Program-made: the position numbers and the translations under genes
Source: Octopus sinensis
Taxonomy: Eukaryota
Length of the DNA stretch: 64,000 nucleotides
Assembly (NCBI RefSeq): GCF_006345805.1
Contig: NW_021831846.1
Coordinates: forward strand, 164,907 to 228,906
Direction of reading: 5' to 3'
The notes under the pieces: generated by a model
Databases searched by the model: none
What the model was told of the DNA's origin: nothing
Seen by the model: the letters and a program-made list of their open reading frames with translations, nothing else
Shown here: positions 49,049 through 62,061 of the stretch, piece after piece
Layout of the letters: every line of letters starts with the position of its first letter
Position numbering within the stretch: the stretch's first letter is position 1

Positions 49049-51444
49049 CGAAATCGATCAACATCAATGGAATTTGTAGCTGTGATACCAGTGCCAGTGG
49101 CAAGTAAGAGAACCATCCGAACGTGGCCGTAGCCAGCGCCGCCCAGACTGGCCTCCGTGCCGGTGGCACATAAAGGGCATCATCCAATCGTGGCTGTTTG
49201 CCAGCCTCGTCTGGCATGTAAAAAGCACCCACTACACTCACGGAGTGGTTGGCGTTAGGAAGGGCATCCTGCCGTAGAAACACTGCCAGATCAGACTGGG
49301 CCTGGCGCAGCCTTCTGGCTTCCCAGAACCCAGTTGAACCGTCCAACCCATGCTAGCATGGAAAGTGGACGTTAAATGATGATGATGATGATATATATAT
49401 AAAATAGAATCTCTTAACTGCAAGCAGCCATGTAGCTGCTCTACTCCAACCACTTCCCTCAAACCTTAACCCCCAATCTAACACAGAGGTAACACCCTTC
49501 CTCCCTGGGTTTGTTGATTTGTGAGCTGCATGGTGACCTCGAGTGCCAGTGGCACAAAAAGAAGCAGTACACCCTGTAGAGGGGTTGGCATTAGGAAAGG
49601 TATCCAGCTGTGGAAACCATGCCAAAGCAGACCCTGGAGTCCGATTCAGTCCCTGACTCACCAGCTCCTTGTCAATCCATCCAATCCATGTCGGCATGGG
49701 TTAGAGATATCGTTAAAGGATAACGTTATCTCTCGTTAGTTGTGAAGTATTTATTTCATATTTCCGTCTCGGTGAAGTCTTGTGGCTTAGTGGTTAAGAC
49801 ATTCGGCTCATGAGCATAAGGTTGTGAGTTCAATTCTGGCATCGTGTTGTCCTGCAGCAAAACCCTTTATTTCTCGTTGTTGCATCTGTCCATTCAGCTG
49901 GCAAAGATGAGTTGTATCCGTAACTCAAAGGACCAGCCTTGACCACATTGTCTCAGGCTGAGTCTCCCTGAAAATTACGTTAAGTGTCTGCAGCATCCTC
50001 AGCCTCTTGCATGTGAATTTTCCCAAGCAGGATGTTCCTTTGATCGAATCAACTGGAAACCTTGTCGTTGGAACCAATGGAGACCCAGTTATTTTTCTCA
50101 TTGCTGTTTGTCCTCCCTGATCAGGGCTTCACTTCATTCAAAGATTTTGCATGTTGGACAAACAAATATATATGTGTGTGTGTATTATATATATAGTGGA
50201 GGCGCAATGGCCCAGTGGTTAAGGCAGTGGGCTCGCGGTCGTAGGATCGCAGTTTCGATTCCCAGACCAGGTGTTGTGAGTGTTTATTGAGCGAAAACAC
50301 CTAAAGAGGCTCCGGCAGGGGGTGGTGGTGGTGATCCCTGCTGTACTCTTTCGCCACAACTTTCTCTCACTCTTTCTTCTGTTGGCCTGCTTGCTTAGCC
50401 AGCGGGGTGGCGTCATTTGAAGGCTAAAACAATGCGAAGCGCATTGTGACCAGCGATGTGTAGCAACATTTGATAGCCTGGTCGGTCACGTGACATGATA
50501 TATATATATATATAGTGTGAGTATAAATTCCTTGTGCAGTTATAATTTTGTATAATTTTAGTTCAATATACAGCAGAATTAATCTGTATTATAATCAACC
50601 AGATGTACTTATTGTATACTAGCTTAAATGCTGTACTCTTAAGCTAGCTCCTGTGGAGGGCTAATTGGGTCCATGGCCCAAAACTGGAAAGGGCAATAAT
50701 AATAAAGCATTTGTTGGTACCCTATTAACATGGTATAAATTTAGAATATTCAAGTACCAAATGAAGGGCAGATTTTCAATCCCGGGATCATCCTAATTCC
50801 AAAAAAGGTATGTCTCTCTCTAGACTGAGATGCAGGGGTTCTGGACAGACAGAATTCCACGTTTATTATTTTCCACAGGTTTGTCCTAGATTTCCAGACT
50901 AATTCATCCCTTGTTTCATATGTTCTAAGTAAAACAAAGCATTCCTTTGAAGTCCCAAGTTACTGTGGTGGCTGGATGCCAGAGAGATGGGTCTTACGCA
51001 GCCCCTTATACACAGGACAGGCTGAGGGTTATCTTTTGATCTTTTGCCTGTTTCAGTCATTAAACTGTGGCCATGCTGGGGCACCACTTTCAAGAATTTA
51101 AGTCAAACGAATTGATCTCAACACTTTGTTTTAAATGCTTGGCACTTATTCTGTTGGTTTCTTTTGTTGAACAGCTAAGTTATGGGGACGTAAACAAACC
51201 AGCACTGGTTATCAAGCGGTAGTTGGGAACACACACACACACACACACACACATAATGGGGCAGGCATGGTTGTGTGGTAAGAAGTTTGCTTCCTAACCA
51301 CATGGTTCTGGGTTCAGTCCTACTGCATGGCAACTTGGGCAAGTGTCTTCTATAACCTCGGGCCTACCAAAGCCTTGTGAGTGGATTTGGTAGGACTGAA
51401 AGAAGCTCATCCTCTGTGGGGGTGTGTGTGTATACATATGTGTG

Positions 51445-51475
<31 letters not shown>

Positions 51476-52053
51476 CACACACGTTTGTCCCCCACCACTG
51501 CTTGACAACTGGTGTTGGTGTGTTTATATCCCTGTAACTTAGTGGGTTCGACAAGTGACCAGGCTTTTTTTACTTATGGATCTCTTTGATTATTTTATTT
51601 TGGTAGACCCCCCCCCACCATAGCCATTGAATGTTTAAAAACTTGTTTTACAGATATCTTTCAAAATCCCTATTTTGCTCTTCATACATTCACTTGTGTA
51701 GGCTGAACTGTACTGGAGTCAATTTGTTTGTCAAAAAATTCAAGGTGGTGCCCCAGCATGGCCACAGTCTGACTGAAACAAACAAAAGAATACATGCGCA
51801 TGTGTGGCAGGCTTCTTTCAGTTTCCATTTACCCTTTGGTTGGCTCGAGGCTATAGTTAGTTGACACTTGTCCAAGGTGCCACACAATCAGACTGAACCA
51901 GGAAGCAAACTTCTTACCACCCAGCCAAGCAGTGCCCAATGATCTGTTGCAGGGCTTCTGAGACTGATGGGAGGAAGGGAGCTGTCCCCAAAGCAGAAGA
52001 CTGGCCTGGCACAGGTGTTCCAGGTAGTGCTGTTGATTGAACTGACTCTACCC

Positions 52054-52321
52054 CAGTGTTTCTCAACCACTTTTTTTTTTAACCTATGAACCTCTCTGAT
52101 TACTATTTTATTCTAGTAGACCCCTATAGCCATTGGATGTTTAAAAACTAATCATAGGTGCAGGAGTGGCTGTGTGGTAAGTAGCTTGCTTACCAACCAC
52201 ATGGTTCCGGGTTCAGTCCCACTGCGTGGCATCTTGGGCAAGTGTCTTCTACTGTAGCCTCGGGCCAACCAAAGCCTTGTGAGTGGATTTGGTAGACGGA
52301 AACTGAAAGAAGCCCGTCGTA

Positions 52322-52359
<38 letters not shown>

Positions 52360-52772
52360 GTGTGTTTGTGTGTCTGTGTTTGTACCCCTAGCATTGCTTG
52401 ACAATGGTGTGTTTACGTCCCCGTCACTTAGCGGTTCGGCAAAAAGAGACCGATAGAATAAGTACTGGGCTTACAAAAAGAATAAGTCCCGGGGTCGATT
52501 TGCATGGCCGCAGTCAAATGACTGAAACAAGTAAAAGAGTAAAAAGAGAGAGATATAGATGCTTTTTTTCAAAATTCCTATTTTGTTTTTCGTACATTCA
52601 CTTGTGGAGGCTGAACTACGAGAAACGCCAGAGAAAAAAACCAACATGTTTCTTGCCATAAATACATGTAAAGCAAAATTTTTGCATGTGCCCTTGAAAT
52701 AATACTGTAAACCCTGTTTTGCTGCGTTGACCCCCCACCAAATCTTATATGGACTCCAGTTGAGAATCACTG
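52054..52772. mobile_element. hAT-like MITE interrupted by a SINE
   Basis: CAGTGTTTCTCAAC ... GTTGAGAATCACTG; 8-bp TSD CTCTACCC / CTCTACTC; SINE 52156-52550 nested. Confidence 0.62.
52156..52550 (+). mobile_element. Composite SINE family A
   Basis: Same head, microsatellite and tail. Confidence 0.8.
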
Positions 52773-53689
52773 CTCTACTCATTTTTATAGTATTGGTGTT
52801 TGCTTTTAATGCACAACCTTCTGGGACCATCACCACCTCCTGTATTGGTAAGCTATATACAGGGGTGGGCGAGCTGGCAGAACCGTTAGCACGCCGGGCG
52901 AAATGCGTAGCCGTATTTCGTTGCTTAATATGAGTGGAATGTTGCTGGTTCAATTCAGGAATGACTGTTTCCTTCAGCATGGTAAATATTAACTTATATA
53001 CCTTCTTTTGCTTCACCCCTTTATAAAAGACAGCGAGTTAAGTTTGTCACCCACATAAGCCCTGGTAGGATTTGTACTCATCACAGAGCCAGAACTTCTG
53101 GTCCCTTCTTACATTTCCCACTAATTCCCTTTTTTGCATTAGGACTCTTTTTTTTTTTTTTTTTTTTTTTTTTTACATCGATCCTTGCTCTGAGAGGATG
53201 AAAGGCAAAACTGAACATCGCTGGCAGAATCAGTTATCTATAGAATGAGATTTAGAAATTAAACTAGTCTTTTACGCAACCCCATAAATTAACCGTAAAC
53301 TTGAAGTGACGGAATTTATTTAAAAATAATTATTTTGAGTGATAAGATATTTCTGATTTCTGAATGGTTTTACTGATTAATTCTAGCATAGAATTAAAGT
53401 TATAGAACCTTAAAATGGCATATGGACTTTATAATGAGTCCCAAAGATAACTGAATTGAATCTGGACCAACATAGATGTATGCCGGAAATGGTTTGCTCT
53501 TTCCTGCTGTGATCAAAGATCATTGAAAGAATTTCAATAAGTTCATATTGATGAAAATCCAGTTAGAGCCAACCTACTGAATATAGGGAAGGGAAAAATC
53601 TAATTCTGTAACTTGAAGAAAGCAATTAGTTGAATCCTGAATATTAATTTAAGCATTTAGCATTCAAACACACCATATCCGACCCAAAT

Positions 53690-54073
53690 GTGGAGGCGCA
53701 ATGGCCCAGTGGTTAGGGCAGTGGACTCACGGTCGTAGGATCGCGGTTTCGATTCCCAGACCGGGCGTTGTGAGTGTTTATTGAGCGAAAACACCTAAAG
53801 CTCCACGAGGCTCCGGCAGGGATGGTGGTGATCCCTGCTGTACTCTTTCACCACAACCTTCTCTCACTCTTACTTCCTGTTTCTGTTGTACCTGTATTTC
53901 AAAGGGCTGGCCTTGTCATTCTCTGTGTCACGCTGAATATCCCCAAGAACAACGTTAAGGGTACACGTGTCTGTGGAGTGCTCAGCCACTTACACATTAA
54001 TTTCACGAGCAGGCTGTTCCGTTGATTCGGATCAACCGGAACCCTCGTCGTCGTAACCGACGGAGTGCTTCCC
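53690..54073 (+). mobile_element. tRNA-derived SINE (family B), full length
   Basis: 13-bp TSD ATCCGACCCAAAT at 53677-53689 and 54074-54086; inserted into a decayed family-2 MITE. Confidence 0.87.
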
Positions 54074-54426
54074 ATCCGACCCAAATATTCTATTCTGTGT
54101 TCTAAGTGGCCAGCTCGCGTCTCTCACACCTATCCTACAATGTCATTCTAAAGATAAGCAGTTACATCATCGAAAACTTGTAGCTACAGGATAATACATG
54201 ATTAATTCAAAGCAATATGAATAAATAAGCATTATATTTGTCTGAGTAATCTGAAGGCTAATGGGTCAATCTGATCTTGGCTATCTCTGCACATGTTTCT
54301 CTCTTGTTAGACCTCTTCAGCAGTAATGCTCTACAAGAGTAGGGTCCAATAAAATCCCTGCAGCATGCTCTCATATAATGCTTAAATCCAACACCTTTAT
54401 TCAAATATCACATAAATATTATATAT

Positions 54427-54826
54427 CTCTTTTACTTGTTTCAGTCATTTGACTGGCCATGCTGGAGCACCGCCTTTAGTCGAGCAAATCGACCCCAGGA
54501 CTTATTCTTTGGAAGCCTACTACTTATTCTATTGGTCTCTTTTGCCGAATCGCTAAGTTACGGGGATGTAAACACACCAGCATCGGTTGTCAAGCGATGC
54601 TGGGGGGACAAACATAGACACACAAACATATATATACACACATACATATGTATACATATATATGACAGGCTTCTTTCAGTTTCCGTCTACCAAATCTACT
54701 CACATGGCTTTGGTCGGCTCGAAGCTATAGTAGAAGACACTTACCCAAGGTGCCACGCAGTGGGACTGAACCTAGAACCATGTGGTTGGTAAGCAAGCTA
54801 CTTACCACACAGCCACTCCTATGCCT
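54427..54826 (-). mobile_element. Composite SINE family A
   Basis: Reverse-complement copy. Confidence 0.78.
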
Positions 54827-55262
54827 ATTTTTAAAAAATTTATTATTATTATTTATATTCCTACTATATTACATGCAGGCACTAATTTAACTCTTATTTT
54901 TCATGAAGATAGAAACCACTAGTAAATTCCTCCCAGTAATAATTATTTCTGAGCTCCATTATTGTACATCAACAGTGATTTTCTTCATGTGTTAAATGTA
55001 GAGAAGGCTATGTTGGACCTCCTTTGCTGAGGAGGTCCAACAATATAAACCGTGTGGTTTTGTTTCCACTTGTACTGTAACCAAAGTCAGATTAAACTGT
55101 TATTCAAATAATTGGTTTCTTCACCCCACATAACCAAATTTTATTTTCCCCGACATTGAGAGTATGGTTTAAGACTACAGACTAGAATAGGGAGAAATAA
55201 TATACTTTGTGTGTGTGTGTATGTATGTATATATATATAAATGATAAATGTGTATGTATGTA

Positions 55263-55601
55263 TGTGAAGGCACATGGCTCAGTAGTTAGAGCGTTGAGCT
55301 TACGATTGTGAGGCTGTAAGTTCGAATCCCGGACCGGGCTGCATGTTGTGTTTATGAGCAAGACACTTTATTTCACATTGCTCCAGTTCACTCAGCTGTA
55401 GAAATGAGTTGCTATGTCTATGGTGCGAAGCTGTATCGGCCCCTTTGCCTTTCCCTTGGATAACACTGGTGGCGTGGAGAGAGAAGGCTGGTATGCATGG
55501 GCGACTGTTGGTCTTCCATAAACAACCTTGCCCGGACTTGTGCCTGGGAGGGGAACTTTTTAGGTGCAACCCCATGGTCATTCATGACCGAAGGGGGTCT
55601 C
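55263..55601 (+). mobile_element. tRNA-derived SINE (family C)
   Basis: Colinear with the 4284-4621 copy; B-box GTTCGAATCCC. Confidence 0.8.
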
Positions 55602-57719
55602 AGCATGTATGTATGTATATATATGTGTGTGTGTGTATACTCATGCCTGTGCTAGTAGGGTGCCAAGAGCACCATCCGAGCGTGATCGTTGCCAGAACAG
55701 CCAACTGGCTTCCGTACCCGTGGCACGTACAAAGGCACCATTCGAGTGTGATCGTTACCAACGTCGCTTCACTGGCATGTGTAAAAAGATTCAAGCGAGG
55801 TCATTGCCAATACTGCCTGACTGGCCCCCTTGCTGGTGGCACGTAATAAGCACCCACTACACTCTTGGAGTGGTTGGCGTTAGGAAGGGCATCCAGCTGT
55901 AGAAACTCTGCCAAATCAAGATTGGAGCCTGGTGCAGCCGTCTGGCTCGCCAGCCCTCAGTCAAACTCGTCCAACCCATGCTAGCATGGAAAGCAGACGT
56001 TAAACGATGATGATGATGATGATGATGATGATTCAGGATTCAAGCAAATCAGGGCCTTATCACATACAAACAATATTTGAAGGACAAATACGTACTTACT
56101 GAAGTAAACACTGACTTATACTCCAGTTGTGTGTACAATCACAAATGGTCGACTGAATATTCAATGATTCTCAAGGTTGCACCTTGGCACAAACGCTGCA
56201 CCAATTGCACTGTACTCGACAGACTCCAGTTCCCTGCGAATTGGTTAAGAAGCGTGTTTTCCAAACATGCGTGATGCCTTGGGCAAGTATCTTCATTGGC
56301 TCTAGATCAACAAAAGTCTTGTGAATGGATTTAGTAGACAGAAACTGAAACAAGCTTGTCGGATGTGTGTACTTTTATTCTTTAACTTGTTTCAGTCGTT
56401 TGACTGTGGTCATGCTGGAGCACTGCTTTAAAGGGTGTTAGTTGAAGAAATCGACCCCAGGACTTATTCTTTGTAAGCCTAGTACTTATTCTATCGGTGT
56501 CTTTGCTGAACCGCTAAGTTACAGGGACATAAACACATCTGCATTAGTTGTCAAGCGATGGTGGAGACACACACACACATACGGCAGGCTTCTTCCAGTT
56601 TCCGTCTACCAAATCCTCTTATAAGGCTTTGGTTGGCCAAGGGCTATAGTAGAAGACACTTGCCCGAGGTGTCACACTGTGGAACTGAACCTGGAACCAT
56701 GTAGTTGGGAAGTAAGCTTCTTACCACACAGCCAAGCCTGCACCTATAATGTATAAAATGTGTGTCGCCCTGCCCAACACCGCTCGGCAACAAGTGTTGG
56801 TTTGTTTACATCACCATAACTTAGGGGTTCAGCAAAACAGACTTATAGCATAAGTACAAGGCTTAAAGTAAAAGGGTACTGGGATCGATTCATTCAACCA
56901 AACCCTTGAAGGGTGTGCCCCTGCATGGGTGAAAGTCCAACGACTGAAACAAATCCTTTCACAACACTCTGCTGGAAATTGAACTCACGACCTTATGCTC
57001 CCGAGCTGAATACCCTAACCACTAAGCCACATGCCGTTGCAAACAACAGCAACTACAACAACAATAGACATGGACCAACAAGGGAGTTTCTATGTGGTTG
57101 TTGGACCTGCTAGAAATCGTAGTCAAATTTCCCTTGACTCACTCACTATCTTCTGAAGAAATAATAAAAAAAAAAGAGTGACACGACAATAAATATTGTC
57201 ATAAGTACACTAATATTAAAAGACGGGATGGTCACGAGTGGATCGCCTTTTATCATGTATCTGATGGAAACAGACGAAGGTTTACCACCACCACCAACAA
57301 CAACTTGAATAAGGAGAAAAACAACAAATACACAGAAACAACAACGGCTTTTAAGCTTAAAATTACAATTTTATTAAATTCAAATTTTATTAAATGGCGG
57401 TGCCCCAGCATGGCCACAGCTCGTGACCTGAAACTAGATAAAATAAAAAAAAAACGTTTGGTTTACTGTATAACACACACACACAACCTCCCCATCCTCC
57501 CCTCTCTCTTTCTTTCTCTCTCTCTCTCTCTCTCTCTCCTAACCCCTAAGCTCTCTCTCACACAAATTCCCTATCATATTTCCTCTTCTCTCGTTCACTC
57601 TCTTTCTAATCTGCCTCACTCTCTTTCGCTTTTCCTTTCTTTCTTTCCATTGTTTCACTCTCACTTAAATTCTCCTTTTTCTCTCTCTCTCTCCCCCTCT
57701 AGTTCTTTTTGTCACTCTT

Positions 57720-57854
57720 CTATGTATGTGTGTGTGTATGTATGTATGTGTGTGTGTGTGTGTATATGTATGTATGTATGTGTGTGTGTGTATGTATGTG
57801 TGTATGTATGTATGTATGTATGTATGTATGTGTGTGTTTGTATGTATGTATGTA

Positions 57855-57887
<33 letters not shown>

Positions 57888-57970
57888 ATGTATGTATGTA
57901 TGTTTATATTTATGTATGTATGCATGCGTGTGTATGTATGTATGTATGTATGTATGTATGTATGTTTACT
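57720..57970. repeat. Compound (TATG)n/(TG)n microsatellite
   Basis: Direct reading; similar tracts at 60645-60760, 62070-62150 (ATCT)n, 62300-62590, 63255-63362. Confidence 0.95.
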
Positions 57971-58033
57971 TATCTATCTGTTATTATATTTTTCTTTTCC
58001 ATCTTTTTAATACGTTTCTTTCTCCTCCTCAGC

Positions 58034-58295
58034 TACTACTTAAGAAGAATGTACCCGGTGCACGCACTCACGTACCCGCGCATCCGCGCTAGCTAGTCAC
58101 GACTAGTCGATCCTTACTTTGTGTTTTTGTGTTTTATTTACTTGGTTTTTAAAAAAATTATTTACTTTGTGTAAAAAAATTATTTATTTTGTGTTTTATT
58201 TACTTTGCTCGGTAGTCGTTGTAGGATCGACTAGTCAGGACTAGCTAGCGCAGATGCGTGAGTGCGCACACCGGGACCACTCTTCCTAAGTAGTA
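58034..58295. mobile_element. Fold-back MITE with ~75-80 bp arms, TA-flanked
   Basis: Arm 58034-58114 is the near reverse complement of 58223-58295; TA at both ends; AT-rich spacer. Confidence 0.68.
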
Positions 58296-58313
58296 CCCAT
58301 TTCCCCCCTCTCC

Positions 58314-59420
58314 CTATATATATGTATGTGTGTGTGTGTGTGTGTGTACGTGTGGGTACCGTCGCATCACTTCTCTAAATTCTTCTTCAAGGCCATCTAT
58401 TACCAAAAGCGCCGCGGTTCCAACCCCTGTTGCAGGGTTCCCCGCATTGGGGTCTGCTGGTGCAGAATCTGTACCAGTTTGCTCTCTGCCATCATTCAGC
58501 CTCACGCCAGCGGTTCGATTTCGATTCCCGTTGACATCGACTTGTTCTGGTTGTTGTCCCCCATTTTGCTGTCGACGGACGAAGTTGAAAGCCCCAGGTG
58601 TAAAAATACCAAAATCTGGTCTCCCCACAAAACCATTGTTGTTATTATTATTATTCCATGGTCCAGTGCTTCCAGGCCAGTTACCACGTGGTACTGCACC
58701 GTTGTTGACACCACCCCATGGTGCCTGTTGACCGTTATTGTTCCATTGAGGATTTCTGCCCCATTGTCTTCCTGCAAAGCCGTTGTTGTTGTTCCATGGA
58801 TTTGCAGGATTCACTCCAACACCACCAGCACCAGCGCCACCAATTACTCCATTGGCACCATTTGCAGGATTCCAGGGACCGAAGTTTCCATTCGCATTGT
58901 TGTTGTTGTTGTTGATGCCTCTAAATAAATTGCATGTCTGTTGATTACCAGGTGAACAACGATGTAACACCGGATTGAAGATATTGTTGTTCTGTCTGCA
59001 CCGCCTCACAGTCGCTACTGCGTTTTGACATTGCAGAAATCGGCGGCATGTCGGGTCGTTAAAATCTTCGAAGAAGCCATTCGGAGCTGGACAAAAGTTC
59101 CTCACTTGGCCCTGAATGAGAACCACATCAGTCACTGAAATGGAAGAAATCGTGTATTAAGGATAGATATATCATTGAGAACAATAGATTTAGTTGGTGG
59201 TCTTGTTATCTCTATTCTAGCTTTTGGTGAAGTAGAAGAGGTCAGAAAGGGTCAAGTGGTGAAGACATTATTTCGGCCTAGCTAATGGCATCTGGAAAAT
59301 GTAAAACTGCTGTCAGAGAAAAACCATTGTTCCACCGTGGGAAAAGTTCTGTTGCAGTGTTAATTTAAATTTGGCTATGGTGGATCGAATCCACTTCATT
59401 CTTGCAAGATCCACTACATC

Positions 59421-59462
<42 letters not shown>

Positions 59463-60153
59463 TATATATATATATATGTGTGGTGTGTGTGGTTCAAAAC
59501 TGTACAAAAAGCAAAAAAGACAGGGATGGGAACAACAGAAAAGGTGTATTGATTTGACGCTCAGGAAAAACAGAAAAGTCTTTGACGTTCCGAGCCTACG
59601 CTCTTCTACAAAAGGAAATAAGGAGAGAAAACAGACTGAGAGAGGAATGAAAAAAAACCACGTGCCTGAATTAACAGTTGCAGATGTTGAATTGACCGGA
59701 AGGAAGGTAGTGGTTGGACACAAGGGAGACAGCAGTAACCCGGCTAAAGTGTGTGTGTACAAGCGTGTTTGTGTATACATACATACACATACATACACAC
59801 ATACATACATATATACATTGCCAAAAATTCTCAAATCTTTATTTAATTTGCTTTGTGGGAAGGATTGTTTCAACGAAGTCGTGTCTCGCCTTTACCTTCG
59901 AAATGAGGAGTAGATGAAACAGAGGCGACTGAAGAAGGGGAAGGTTCCTTGTGTTGTATATCTTGTACTCTATTTTTTCGTTGTTTAAGAAAAATGTCCA
60001 TTTCCTTGGCTTTGTTTTTATGTTTTCGTTTCTCATTGTGTTCGACGTTTTTTTTTTGGTGTCCTGTACCCATATATGCATGCATATATACATATAGATG
60101 TAGGTAATATATATATGTATGTATATATGCATATGTTTTATTTATTATTTTGT

Positions 60154-60187
<34 letters not shown>

Positions 60188-60674
60188 GGTGGATTCTCTT
60201 GTCGTGAACGCTAAATGAGAGTTTAGTAAAAGGAACAAGATGAGGATTCAGTGTTTGCTTGAGTGCTTGGGGATCATTTACTATGTGTTTCCTTGAGTGG
60301 ACAGTAAGGGGCCTGCTTTGCTTCTTTCCACAAAACCACAATGACAGGTAAGGTTTCCATTTAGAGGAGCAGTGTTGTGCCAGCGTGCCTTCATGCTTGC
60401 ACGAAGTTGGTTCTGGTGTTGGAGTCGATTTTGCTCAAATTTTTGCACTGAGAAGAAGCAGGACTGGCACCAGGCCCCGGGTTCTTATATTTTGTTTTCC
60501 CAGGAAGAAAAAGGAATGTTGCATCGTTTCACATTGTCTTTGAAGCACAAGAGTGGCTTTCCAGCTGGTCTTCTTGTTGGGAATTGGCCAAAGAGAAGTT
60601 GCTTTGGAATTCTGATATCACTCATAAGTGAGAGATGACCTGACCGTATGTATGTATGTATGTATGTATGTATG

Positions 60675-60708
<34 letters not shown>

Positions 60709-61900
60709 TGTATGTGCACATATATATAATAATATATATATATATATATATAAACATTTTTTTATAATTATGTAATACGAGGATAATTATTTGAAAAAAT
60801 TGTTGTTTAAGTACCGATAATGGTTCTTTAAACATGCCGAATCTACTTGGTAGAATTATTGATGATTAAATTAATTAATTTAATTTTACCCTTATTATTA
60901 TTGATTATATATATATATAATATATATATATAATATATATATATATATATGGTATATAATATGTTACTCTTTACTCTTTTACTTGTTTCAGTCATTTGAC
61001 TGCGGCCATGCTGGAGCACCGCCTTTAGTCGCACAACTCGACCCGGGACTTATTCTTTGAAGCCCAGTACTTATTCTATCGGTCTCTTTTGCCGAACCGC
61101 TAAGTGACGGGGACATAAACACACCAGCATCGGTTGTCAAGCAATGCTAGGGGGACAAACACAGACACACAAACATACACGCACACACATATATATATAC
61201 ATATATACGACAGGCTTCTTTCAGTTTCCGTCTAGCAAATCCACTCACAAGGCCTTGGTCGGCCCGGGGCTATAGCAGAAGACACTTGCCCAAGGTGCCA
61301 TGCAGTGGGACTGAGCCCGGAACCATGTGGTTGGTAAACAAGCTACTTACCACACCAGCCACTCCTGCGCCTATAATATATATATGTATGTATGTATGTA
61401 TGTATTGTATGTATGTATGATGTATGTATGTATGTATGTATGTGTATATTGTATATGTATATATATTATATATATATATATATAATATATATATGGTAAA
61501 GAATTATTAATTTAATAATATAAATTTATATTTCCGAGTAGTTTCGGTATGGAAAAAAAAACCCCATTATCGGTAAAAGCTTGTACCAAAATTTTTTTTT
61601 ATATAATTATAAATATAATTAAAGGTTTAGCAACAAGTTGCTTCACCACGTAACGAAAATTTAGAAATAGCTGCCAAAAAACAGCTAATTCTTTTTACTA
61701 CAAATATGACTCCACAGACAACAATATGGCAAAAAGAAGAACAAACAACGAAATTAAACAGTCTACGATAAATTATGGACGCGTTTCTGGATTAGAATTA
61801 TACAAATTCATTTCCTTCATCGGCATTGTAATGAAATAATACAAAGTAATAAAATGAGCGAGGACCAACCTAGTATGAAGATTGCTGCAAAGAGAATCAT
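58314..61900 (-). CDS. Secreted chitin-binding type-2 (ChtBD2/peritrophin-A-like) domain protein with Gly/Asn/Trp/Pro-rich repeats; C-terminus uncertain
   Basis: Exon 1 61900..61870 (MILFAAIFIL+G, donor GTTGGT) splices in phase 1 to exon 2 starting 59134 (ttccatttcag acceptor), giving MILFAAIFILVTDVVLIQG-QVRNFC. Six-Cys spacing CPAPNGFF..PTC..FLQC..RRC..FNP..RC..TC fits ChtBD2. The ORF runs to TAG at 58314 only through a (CA)n tract, so a donor at 58359 (GTACCC) is an alternative. Confidence 0.72.
60270..60650 (-). mobile_element. RTE-clade LINE C-terminal fragment with CCHH knuckle
   Basis: SGHLSLMSDIRIPKQLLFG...RRPAGKPLLCFKD...CNIPFSSWE, then TCHCGFV.RSKAG(fs)LTVHSRKH. Confidence 0.72.
60965..61372 (-). 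mobile_element. Composite SINE family A
   Basis: Reverse-complement copy in intron 1 of the chitin-binding gene; more diverged or partial copies at ~28105-28465, 51035-51560, 56375-56745, 63205-63500. Confidence 0.78.
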
Positions 61901-62061
61901 GATCCGTTCTGAACCGATGCAGTTTGTAAAGTGGATTTGATTGAAACACAGAATTGTGGGATCCTGGTGTGTGCTCGGTTGTTCTAGAATATTCTGTTGG
62001 TATGTTCTCTGTCCTCTCCACTTTATCCAACTCTGCTAATGCACACCCCTATGTTCTGCTG

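Noticed and set aside
57305-58096. 263-aa ORF and overlapping MYVC/HTYI ORFs
   Set aside because: Translations of (CT)n and (TATG)n microsatellites; the same applies to ORFs near 45892, 62319 and 63154.
58326-58928. Plus-strand ORFs of 200 and 133 aa
   Set aside because: Antisense shadows of the chitin-binding exon.
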